64,000 nt of DNA from Nageia nagi (Eukaryota; Plantae; Pinophyta). The notes under the pieces were generated by a model that saw nothing but the letters and a program-made list of their open reading frames with translations, was not told the DNA's origin and searched no databases. Below are positions 12,966 to 24,384 of the stretch, in pieces. The DNA lies in contig JBITNC010000001.1 in NCBI GenBank assembly GCA_050084985.1, positions 30,318,001-30,382,000 on the forward strand, in the 5' to 3' direction. Every line of letters starts with the position of its first letter. Position 1 is the first letter of the stretch. Both the position numbers and the translations under genes were made by a program.

Positions 12966-13483
12966 AAGACACAAGGCATTAGTGTAGTGGTAAGAGCTCT
13001 TGCTCTCCTTTGGGAGGTCATGGGTTCCAATCCCACAAGACAATAGAAGAATCTATACCCATGTGGAGGGGTAATAAAGGAAGTGAAAAAACTCAAGGTG
13101 CTAGTAGTGGCTGACTAGGGTTTCTTACATAGTAGATTATAAGGACTCCCTATTACACATATGTGCATATAGATTCCTTGGATGTTTACACTAACATTTT
13201 ATTCCCAAGGGGACACTATGGTGGCAAAGTGATTTGAATTGATAGGATGAGGTCATAAGTTTGAATCCCCTTGATGGATCCCTCATGGTACTACATGGCT
13301 ATAATTTATATTCATTTTGATTGTATTGTGATTGATTTGTGGGGCTTGAATAAAAACCTTCATGTAAAAAGTCCCTCCCAAGAAAAGAACCCATAATTTA
13401 CCTTTAGCCATGTGATTAGTGGGTATGATCATAACTCTGAGAGGATTAGTGGCTCCATCTGACAACTCCAATAAATAAAAAAA
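12966..13483 (+). mobile_element. tRNA-derived SINE with two Pol III heads, A-rich tail and TSD
   Basis: A-box TAGTGTAGTGG 12980-12990 and B-box GGTTCCAATCC 13023-13033. Second head from ~13203 with B-box AGTTTGAATCC 13258-13268. Tail ataaataaaaaaa. TSD actttttattttggt (12951-12965) / actttttattttagt (13484-13498). Confidence 0.8.
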
Positions 13484-16400
13484 ACTTTTTATTTTAGTCT
13501 ACCCATAAATTTCTCAACCTATCATCATGTTTTTATGCCTAAACTTTCCTAGAGGATCAAACTAGTGCTAGAGAGGTTACACCCAGCTCCATTTCCTATC
13601 TATTATACCAACACCCATTCTAGGATCCTTGCCACATTTCCTACATAGTCTAAACTTTCTTATATATCCTCTTTATTGTCAATATCCTAATCATGGTTTC
13701 ACTATGACATTTCAATTTAAATCCATTTTGAACCCTTAAGTTCATTTTAGCCTTCACATTCCCTTAATCAAAATCATGATGCAATGATATTTTCCCATGT
13801 CCAAACCATGAATGTATGTGCATTCATGTTACCCTAGCCTAATAAATGATAGCCATACTTCCTAATTCCCTAATAATGTCAACACTCATGTTGGGTTCAA
13901 TTTATCTTTTATATACACCTAACACCCTTAAAAGCCATATAAAATCCTCCACATTTATTATTCAACCATTATATACTTTAATTACCCATTAACCATAAAT
14001 AGGTCCTACACTTAGCCAATTAAATGCAAAAATAAAATCTTAAACATTCCCACTATATTCATTCCATAACACATTTTCATAGATAATATATATATTTTTA
14101 TTATATTAAAAAAAATGGGGAAATACATTAGCTTTACTAAAAGATACATCCAATGAACCAAATCTATGTCAATTCCCTATACTAACACTACTAGTAGTAC
14201 CATGATGAATCCTAGCACTCTTCAAGCTCTTAGACTTGGAGGTTTTCCTACTCAAAATTTATCTCTTAAACCCATTTTGCTCCTCCAAAGCTACAAGTTG
14301 AGCTTGTAGGTATCCCTTCTTTCCCAATAGGCCCTTTATCTTCTTATGTTTCTCCAACACCTGATCTATCATCCATAGAAAATTATGCTCTTAGGAATAT
14401 TGGTGTATATTATGTAGATTCTCCATGCTTTTCTCAAGAGCCCCCAACCACACCTTTAGATCCTCTATCACTTGGTCTTTTGCAAAAGTCTCCTCCTTCA
14501 GGTCCATTAGGGCATCCTCTACTTGTTGCCTCATCACTTTCTTAAATTCCAAGTCTAGCTTATTTTGATATACAAAACTGAAATAAAACATATATGTTAG
14601 TCATATTATTATTGCATGTATACTAACTTGGAGGTACATAAAGTAATATACTCAATGAGATCATTCTCAAGCTACTATTGTGCCTCTGCAATGGGGATTC
14701 CAATGGGAAATCCCATCTTCCTTGGTCTCCATATTTTGGTGGCTCCTCCACCTACACATCCTCTTCCTCTTCATCATCCCCATCACCTTCCTTTTCCTCT
14801 TCTTCCTATACCTCTTTTTCAATATCCTCCACCATATACTTTAGTCCATACAATCTGAGTGGATTAGATCTCACTTCATCCTACCATGTGAAATAGGCAT
14901 GATCAAATTATGTCCCACCAAGCTCCTCATCTCCATCATTATCTAAATCACTCCATAACCCATTATCCTTGGGAGATAACCATCCCTCCACCCACTTAGG
15001 AGGATTCTCATATAAATTAGGGTTATGCACAATGTACCTACCTATCTTAACCATAAACTTGCATTCTCATGGAATACCCTACCTCTTGCCAAACTATCTC
15101 ATGACCCTCTCATGTGATTTATATGAATCCATAAATATCTTGTATGACTATAAGTATCCTAGTGTATTCTTATACTCTAGCTCACCCCCTAACTCATTTG
15201 GCCAATATGGCATAGTCATATTGGGCCTATAGATCACATCTCTTGAAAAACAAAGTTATGAGTTAGTCTCTTTCTTATAACAATCAATCCAAATGAGCTA
15301 AACCATGTATGGTATATTACTTGCAATCCATCAAACCATCCATGACTTTTTGTATACTTCCATGGTCTTGTGGACTTGTGTAATCTTCTCATTCTTTGCC
15401 CATCTATACCACATTACATGATCAAGAGCTATGCCATGAACAGGAAGCTCTCTGGAATAAATCATAATAATATTTTCATATGCCCAACACTATAGCATAA
15501 AGGAGGTGCCACTCTCTTCCCACTCTTCTGTACCATGATGAAATTATATAAATCATGATAAATATGGGAAATGATTTAAGGTTCCCATGCATATCGATGA
15601 TCCTCCATCATCCTATAGACCACTCATATCTGTCCAAGTAGAAACACCTCATGATTCTTGTCCAAGTAAATAATATTGTCAATACATTCTTTCATAACCA
15701 ATCATACTCACATAAACCTCTTTATCTTACTCCTAAAAGCATGATGAATGAAGGCATCTTTCTTCCCCTCATGATACTAGAGAAAACTTGTAAGCCAATT
15801 TGCTAACCATTTATATTGCTCATTAATCATCCTCTCCTTAAAGAATATGGTATACCCCTTCATAGGCACCCATAGGATCCTATGAATATACTTAGGCACT
15901 ATAATAATCTTTCCAATTGGAATGTGAAATTTGTTTGTCTTCTCAGATCATCTCTCCATTTAGGTTGTGAGTAGCTCCTTTTCCACTCGAACATATGGAG
16001 CATGGAGTGTTGAAAATTGTAATGTAATATTGTGTAATATTTTTTTTTAATGTAATTTCATTTAATGCTGAAAGTATCTTTAGATACTTTAAAGCATTAA
16101 GGGAATAAAAATAAAAAGAGGTATAAATATAGAAAGAGGATAAATATATAAATACCTTTAACCTTACCCTTGGGTAAAAGGAAGGTTAAAGGGTGGGTTA
16201 GTTCTTATAAATAGAGAGGTACTTCTCTCATTAAAGTATGGTAATGCTTGTCTTGTAGAGATGCTCTTGCAGGAGCTTTGTTGAAAATTTTAAGGAGAGT
16301 TATATTTTGAGAAAGTAATAGAATGATCATTCAAAGTGGATGTACTACATGATGCATTATCTTTTGTGTGATTATGTTTTGCTTTGCTATATGGACGAAT

Positions 16401-16892
16401 GGTAGATTTGTTGGAGAAACTTCAAGGCGATCTTGGTTATATGGAATCCTTCAATTCCATAAAGTGGTATTAAAGCCATTCTTGTGGTAATCTCCTTAAA
16501 TTTCTACTTGGTAAATTTGAGGTAACTCTCCCCAAATTTAAGGTATACCTATCCCTAATCTTATTTCAATTTTATTTGAAACTTCATTTATTAATCAATT
16601 TCAATTTTTTTTGAAATTGAAAGATGATGTCTATACTAACATGTTTTATATTTTGAGGATAATGTAGTCAAATTTAAGGTAAAATGTTTATCTTAATTAC
16701 ATTTTAGTAGTATTTAAAGTTGGATCTAACATATGGTATATGGTTAGAATCTAAGATCTTAAAAATTAGTGCTTCTAATTTTTTTTACTAAATTGCATGC
16801 TTACAAAAATCAAGTTATGATTTTTTGAATTTTTTTAAAGAACTTACAATCCTTTCATTATAAATACAAAAGCATGTAAATATTTTTTTCAG

Positions 16893-16893
<1 letters not shown>

Positions 16894-16957
<64 letters not shown>
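16894..16957. repeat. (TA)n microsatellite
   Basis: Direct observation. Confidence 0.97.
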
Positions 16958-16960
<3 letters not shown>

Positions 16961-17169
16961 AGGAAAAAATTTCCCTTTTTTTACTATTAAAAAAATAGAA
17001 TTATGTGTTTTTCAAATTTTGTAATATTTAATATCATTTTTTTGTTAAAAAATTATTTTTTGTTTTAATATTAATAAAAATAGTTTTTTATTATTTAAAA
17101 AAATAAAAAATAAAAAATATTTTTTTTAAAAAATAATTAATTTATTTTTTGGGCCTTTGCCCTAAGAGG

Positions 17170-17445
17170 CAGCCCCCTCTTCAGGGATGGTGTGCTTAGC
17201 TTATAGCCCCTCCTTGAGTAAGGTGTGCATGATAGCCAATGGCCCCTCCTTAAGGGAGGCACGTGCAATAGCTGGCAACCCATCCTTGGGGGAGGTGCAC
17301 ATGGTGGTCAATGACTCCTCCTTGGAGGTGGCTTGCATGGTAGTTGATGGCCCCCTCCTTTAGAGGAGGCATGTGCAGCATAGGTCGATGGCTCCCCTTT
17401 ATGGGGTAGCTCATAGTGTAATAATTGGTAGCCCCCCTCCTTGAT
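17170..17445. repeat. GC-rich ~36-bp tandem repeat (7-8 units) with CCTCC-N5-GGAGG inverted core
   Basis: Units start near 17172, 17206, 17242, 17278, 17314, 17350, 17391 and 17431, e.g. gcccctccttaagggaggcacgtgc. Confidence 0.8.
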
Positions 17446-20219
17446 CTTCTTCTCATGCAGTGCCACTTGGTCACTCCCCTTTGTAATTCTTGTGCCATGC
17501 TTGCATCAAAATATTATAAATGTAATTGATTATCTAGGAACTCATGTATATCACATAGTCTATCACAATTGTTTTTTTAAATAAGCAATTGTTTTTTGAA
17601 AATTTTTTTTAGCCATGCAATGCCACTAAAAATAAGTTCTAGAAATTTTTTTTTACTAAAAGCATGGTATTTTTTTTTAAATCTAACTTTTAAGAAAAAT
17701 AAGGAATTTTTTTATACTATAATAAGAATTTTTTTAAAAAAAAGGGAGAGGAAGGGGCAAGTTTTTAATATCATAGTTTGTGCTCCTATGATATTGTTAA
17801 TATCATGTTATGGTTGATACTTTTTAGTATGCACTTGTGATATATAGTTGATGATGTATGTCATCTTTGGTGTTGTGTGCATATGTGATGATGTGGTATA
17901 TTTGATCATTTATGGATGACATTTGTCTTATATATATATATGATGTATCTAGTTGATCTTATTTTTAAAGCTACTTATAGCTTGCAAGTTCTTCTTAAGA
18001 TTTCAAGTTACTCTAGGTATGCAAGCTCATGAAGGCTCTTCATTTCAAAATGATGTTGAATGAATACTCTTGTACAAAGAAACCATTTGTTAATTAATGA
18101 TTGTATTGTAAAAACTATTTGTTAAAATGGTTAAGTAGTTGAGCCATTGTAGAACTATCTATATTCTATTACTTTCTCAAATATGTAAAAATTCTCATTT
18201 ACACTTGTATCTCTTGGAGGAGAACTCTCTCTTGCTTTCTCTTTCTTATTTATCTTTTTTACTCTCTACCCAATTTTACATTAAGGGGGAGTGTTAAAAA
18301 TTGTAATGTAATATTGTGTAATATTTATTGTGTAATATTTCTCTTTAATATAAATTCACTTAATGCTTAAAGTATCTTTAGACACCTTAAAGCATAAAAA
18401 AAATAAAAATAGAAAGAAGAATTAATATAGAAAGAGGATAAATATAAAAACACCTTTAACCTTACCCTTGGGTAAAAGGAAGGTTAAAGGTGGGTTAGTT
18501 CTTATAAATATAATGGTACTCCTCTCATTATGTAACTTGATCTAACTTGATAAAGCATGGTAATGCTTATCTTGTAGAGATGCTTTTGTAGGATCTTTGT
18601 TGAGAATTTATAGGAGAATCATCTTCTAAGAAAATAATAGAATGATGGTTCAAAGTAGATGTACTCCCAAGAGATGGAGTAACCACTATACATGATGCAT
18701 TATCTTTTGTGTGATTGTTTCTTTCTTTGCTAAATGGATGAATGGTATATTTTTTGGAGAAACTTCAAGGTGATCTTGGTTATATGGAATCCTTCAATTC
18801 CATCATGGAGGATCCATCTCTTACCAACATGTTAGATCACATCTATCTCCTCCTCTATGAGCTTATCCTTCATCACCAAGCACTTTTTCTAGCTCTAAGA
18901 CATAGGCTCAAGCTCCATGAGGAATTAATGACATTGCAACTATAATTCAATAAGGTATGCATTAATTTTTATGCAATTTTAATAAAATTATAGTACGTAA
19001 GTTTTATTTAATTATTCATAGCATACATAACTAAATACCATAACTAGTTATTCATTTCACCATCGTGAAACTCACTTTACCATACTAACACCTATGCTAG
19101 GCTTTCTTTGTCCATTTTTTCAAAAATTAGGGAAAAACTCCTTATTTCCTTGTAATTTCATAAAATCATGGTTTTAGAGCCATATAAAATCTTTAAAGAA
19201 AAATAATGGCTAGACCCTAGGTCACTATAACCCTATCCTAAAACCCCATGCTTTTGTTTATTTCACTTATTCATATGTAAACTTCATGAAACCAAATCAT
19301 TAGGTTGGTTGTAGATACCTATCACATGTGTAAAAACCATGTTGTATCGTAAGAGGTAAACCCTATGGTTCTCTTGCTCTATAATATTCATCTTAAAATG
19401 TAAAACTTGGGTCAAAACCTTAGTAAAAACCATGAAACTATACCAAATTACTCTAATTAGAAGACCAAATTGCTTACCTAGCAATGTTGATCACCTACAA
19501 GGCTCCAAATCACCTTAATAAGCTCACCCAATTCTCCCTAGACTAAAGATTAATTTCCAAATAGTGAAAGTGAAAGTCACTTTCTTGGCTATATAAAATC
19601 AAATTAAGATACACTTAATGAGGCATATGGTAATTATTAAATATCTTCTAAATCTCATATCTTCAAAACATAAATTTATTTCTCTTTACATAATTTGAGT
19701 CAAGTGTTGTAAAGTTTCACAATAAAAATCATAATAGATCCTCTCATCCATGCTCACCTTAGTGCTCACGTTGGCTACTAGCACTTGCGCAATCATCCCT
19801 TAGCATTCATATCATCAACCTACAAATCACAAGTCCTCTAACTACATGTGATCTAAAAAGCAATATAGGACTAACATATTTTGGAGAATCAAGTTTTTGA
19901 AAACATGAATGAACATCCAATTTAAGAACAATGTGTTTCTTACATGTTCATTCTTGGGTCAAATTGGTTCATTACATAATCAAGCACTCTACTAGTAGGT
20001 ATTAGGTATGAAAATATCTTTTTTAGAATCATAAATCATGCTAGATGTTGTAGTTTCAATAGCAAAAGCATAAGAATAAAATTGACTAGCATGCACACTT
20101 AAGTTAGTATGAATGCTAGCTTATAAAGGCATTAATCTGGCTAAATCACAACATATATGCAGAGTGGATAAATCATAGGAAGTATTCCTATCCTTATATA
20201 TACTTTGTATTTAATCATT

Positions 20220-20600
20220 TACATGATTGGAAAATATTCAAATCAATCATCATTGAGTCACCTCTATTTGTTGTGTCTCAACTAACCATCACTCTTAATC
20301 ATGTCTAAGAATGGGTCATGTGCCTCATGATGATAACTACATCTCATATCAATATCAAAGAATAGGGTATGTACCTCATGAGGAAGAATGATATATCACA
20401 TAACATGATTGGGAAATATTCAAACCAACTATATCTTTGAATCACCTTTATTGGTTGGGTATTAACTAACCACAACCTTGTTATCCTTCCTAATTCATAT
20501 GTTGGATTTAGGAATAAGGCAAGTACCTCATGATAATATTAACATTTATGGTTTTGAGTACATGTGTTCCATCTAGGAATAGGGCATGTACCCTTGATGA
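20220..20600 (+). repeat. Tandem repeats in the 3' internal region of X
   Basis: ~180-bp duplication (acatgattgg.aaatattcaaa... at 20221 and 20403) and four copies of the motif agaatagggcatgtacctcatga. Confidence 0.65.
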
Positions 20601-21053
20601 TGTGGACACACCTTTATCAATATTTCTTATGTATGCATCTAAGAACATGAAACATTACGTATTTTTGTAATTGGTATTCTTAAGATGATGTATGCATATT
20701 ATATTAATTTTATCCTTGCTCCATTATTGCTATATCATTCAATGAAATGCTATGATGTTCTCTCTTACTATCATTTCTATATCTTTTATGAGTTAAAAAT
20801 CATATATGTTCTTGGAAGTGTTTTCCTTTCATTTTTGGGTTTCATTATTTACTCTTGGTTGATTCTACTATATGTAAGCCATTACATCTAACAACCAAGG
20901 AAAAGAGGGAGAAATATATATCATCAAATCCTTGATGATCTAAATAGCTAAACCAAGGAAGTGTCAAATTTTTCTTCTCTTTACCTTTACTTCCTTTTCA
21001 AGCATAATTTTATTTGAAGATTCAATTTTATTATACTTACAAATGGGGACATT

Positions 21054-21838
21054 TGTTAATACTTAAAATTGGTCCCCTTAATACGGTCCCACTTATGTAC
21101 AATTTTACACACATAATTAATCATATTTTTTTCATATTTTATTGTATTATCATGTACTTATCAAGTTGTATTCTTATTTTTTTATGTTAGGTACACCAGG
21201 ATGGCTTCAAACAATATTCAAGGGATCAAATAGTGAATCATGCTTGATATAAATGTAAGTATCTCTAACCTAGGGAAAGCATGTTAAGATTACATATTGA
21301 TAGCTAGTACCCTACACTTGGATGTTTCTAAACATTACCTATTGATATTAGAATCTTGTTATCACTTGATTTAATATTTGTTATCCACTTCTATGATCAT
21401 ATACTCGGTTGAATTCTCATCATCTCTATTGTTATCAATCCTTGTTGGTAAACATCATTCCTCAGGAATGTTAATGCTCATGCTAAGCTCTCAATGATCT
21501 GCACCCATGATAGTGTTTCTTCTACCTTTAGCCTTGGAATTCATACATCAATATCAATACTCTTCGATAAATTCATCCATCATATCCTTGATCTTCACAC
21601 ATGTAATAATATATAAGTATTTATCTTTCACTTGATTCCTTTCTCTTTAGTGCATGTAGTTTCACTTTACATTTTGATATCAATGCAATTTTGTTATTAT
21701 CTTGATGTAATATTGAATTCCCTTATACATTTATGCTTATTTGAATAAATTAGCTTGGATAAATCATATAATAAATATTTATGTGCTTTTAGTATATTTA
21801 ACACAAAACCCTAGGTGATATAAAAATACATATCAAAA
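21054..21838 (+). repeat. 3' LTR of element X
   Basis: Homologous to 8285-9087; preceded by PPT; terminal CA mutated to AA. Confidence 0.88.
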
Positions 21839-21842
21839 ATAG

Positions 21843-23012
21843 TGTAAATACCTTAAAATTGTATTTTACATTGTTGTCAGGGTTATATTGAATTTATGGG
21901 ATTTATCATATAATGTACTATTATATCTACTTAATGTGTTTTTGCAAAACTTTTGCTTAGTTCAATCAACACCATTTTAACCTTTAAGTTACTTCTAACA
22001 CTTTGGTTCCAATTACCTGGATGACTTATCAATCACTCAAATGATCTTCCTAGTCACACAATCATTTGAATTATCTTGTCCAATAAAAGGCATATGGGTT
22101 GAATTTTTAAGACATTCTTTCATGAGATTTACAATAATTGTACTTGACTATGTGTACATCTGAGTTTGTGACATCAAATCAAAGGGTTACATCAAGTCTT
22201 AAGCCTACATCTTCATGCCTTGAGATCACTTCTCCATGCTCCATGGATTGAGGTACCTTGTGGTAAATTGATGACCTTATGTTATTGATCATTGATTTCA
22301 TGAGTATTTTTAAGTTTTCAAGATTTAAATAAACCTCCATTGAAGAGTTGTATCCTTTCTTGAATTGAATATTTATTATTGTTTTGCATATAGGCACACT
22401 TAGGGTGATATTCACATCTAGGGTTTTAACCTAGGGACCTTTAAGGTCTAAAACTTAAGCTTTGAAGGATGTTTATTATATCATTAGTATTGTTAACATT
22501 AGATATATATTCATTTATCTTTCATCCATTGTTATTATTAATACTTTATCATATTAGGAAAATGCTTATGCATGCATAGGATTTGAGCAATCTTTGTCAC
22601 ATCACTATCAATATTGGCATTAAACATTATCAACTTTTCTTACATAAATAGTTTCTATAGTCTATGTTTCTAGATCACATTTGCATCATAGGCATTTAAA
22701 TCATTTCTAATATCCTCTTGATTGTGTACAAAGGAGGCTTACAACCCTTTTGAGTTGGGGTTTTTCCCCACTTGGATAGTCACAAGGTCCCAAGGACTTG
22801 TGATTTGAAGCCTCCCATAATTTATTTTCATTCCTTTTAGGTCTAGATAGCTTCTTCCATCAATGAATTAAAAAAGAAAATTTGTAAATCCTATCTTTGT
22901 GATTCTTTTCAATAACTCACATAGGAAAATTAGATGCAAATGTATCAAGATCTTTGGAATTGCTTATAGATGTCTTGAGTGGTTAAGGTGTAGGGATTCT
23001 AAGGCATTTACA
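21843..23012 (+). repeat. 5' LTR of element Y
   Basis: Direct repeat with 39578-40763. Confidence 0.92.
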
Positions 23013-24384
23013 AATAGTGATCATGGTGGGACCCTACTAGTCCAAGGCTCATACGACAAAAGAGGATTTCCAAATTATTTTATTTGGTTTTTGGTGGCCT
23101 TTAATTATGCATGTTTCCTTCATTTCAAATAGTTTTGCGTTTAGTTTCACATATGTACTAGGAAAATAGTCCCTATTGGTTTTGGTCTATATATTTGGGT
23201 GTCCTTATCATAGAACTCATCTTTTCATCCTTGTCATAGGATTTTTGTTTTAGCTTAAATTTTCAATTTTAAAAATTTATCTTTGAGTGTATTATGGTCA
23301 TCCAAATGACTTATGATCATTTGGACAATTGACACTTTCACATAATCATCCTTAAAGTGGACAAGTTTGTGGAAGAGGCTTATAAACCTCATTTCATTCA
23401 TTAAAATTTGAGAGGGAAGTAATGTTCTTGCATGGGTGAGTCTTTGAATCTCTTTTAACACATGGTATATACAATTTAATTTCTCTCTTCATTTAGGATT
23501 GCCACTTTTTAGTGAATTTTTCATTGCATATTGGGGGGATTGTTACATACACATTGAAATCTACTTTGGTGTTTAAAATTCAAAATATCACACAAGGGTT
23601 TCATTGAAATCTACTTTATTGGATGCATATGAATAATTGTTATACTTGCATTATTTTCCATTTGAAAAAGAAAAGAAAGCAATTTATTGTTTTATCATAG
23701 TTGGGTGGAAGTTCCTTGCTTTTGTTTTGAAAAAATAAGTATTTGGGATGTAATTGCATTACATATCATTATAGCATTGAACATTATATTTGTTTATTGC
23801 ATTAAAGTCCTTCATATACCTAGGGAGAATCTAGGGCACATGGACTTGATCCCCATTGCCTAACCCATATTCAAATTTCATCACTAAAGTAGGATCCCCC
23901 TCTATTGGGTAATGTGTGCCATAGAGGTACCTAAGTACCCTTGAAAAATATTTCACATCCCTAGAGATAGATCCTTACCATGTTAACACTTAACTAGAAT
24001 TATTTTTAGGGAAACATAAAAAAGGATGTGTTGAAAGTTACAAGTGTATTGTTAAAAGCAACCCTCACTAAAAAGATAAAGTGTCAAATTTAACAAAGAA
24101 GAAATTAAAAATATAAACACCATTACTTTCTTATCATTTAGATTTATCTTTCAAAGTGGGTGTTATCATTTAGGCTTTGTGACATTACAAGAATACACAT
24201 TAAACAAGATCTCTTTTAATAAAATTCTATGCTTCTTATTAGACAATTTATTTCTTTAATATTATTTCATTTCTATATTAGTACACTATAATTTTGATTA
24301 AAAATACTTAATAAAATCAATTTATCCTACCCTACCATTATGTCTCGTGCATCCACCAAGGATAAAAATCCTTGGCACATACAT

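Larger units (their letters stand above)
16008..18805 (+). mobile_element. Element W: non-autonomous Copia-derived LTR element (2.8 kb, no coding capacity)
   Basis: LTRs 16008-16462 and 18292-18805; perfect TSD TGGAG (16003-16007, 18806-18810); Met-type PBS tggtattaaagcc at 16465; PPT aagggggag at 18283-18291. Its 3' internal region matches the 3' UTR of Copia V (~42440-42780, reversed). Confidence 0.92.
14390..18950 (-). pseudogene. Antisense plant mobile domain (PMD/MAIN-like) ORF remnant of X, split by element W
   Basis: Minus-strand motifs: YAW...SHIYHDL (~15595-15550), ML*CWAYENI (~15498-15469), R*FGKR*GIP (~15100-15070), then an acidic tract and coiled-coil-like ORF 14391-14591. The probable N-terminal part is at 18811-18950. 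Confidence 0.7.
8285..21838 (+). mobile_element. Element X: non-autonomous Ty3/Gypsy Tat-type LTR retrotransposon (gag + antisense PMD, no pol found)
   Basis: LTRs 8285-9087 (tgttga...tcaaca) and 21054-21838. PBS tggggcccacc ~9091-9101 resembles the tRNA-Lys PBS TGGCGCCCACC. PPT aaatggggac lies before 21054. TSD is ATAGA at 8280-8284; the right copy is atag (21839-21842) plus a (40769) once element Y is removed. Confidence 0.82.

Noticed and set aside
12975-13045. tRNA gene
   Set aside because: A/B boxes are present but there is no convincing cloverleaf; body, A-tail and TSD indicate a SINE.
14616-14896. Pro/Ser-rich extensin-like ORFs
   Set aside because: They are the antisense reading of the acidic tract in X's PMD ORF.
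17170-17445. CRISPR-like array
   Set aside because: Eukaryotic TE context, degenerate units with related linkers, no unique spacers or cas genes.
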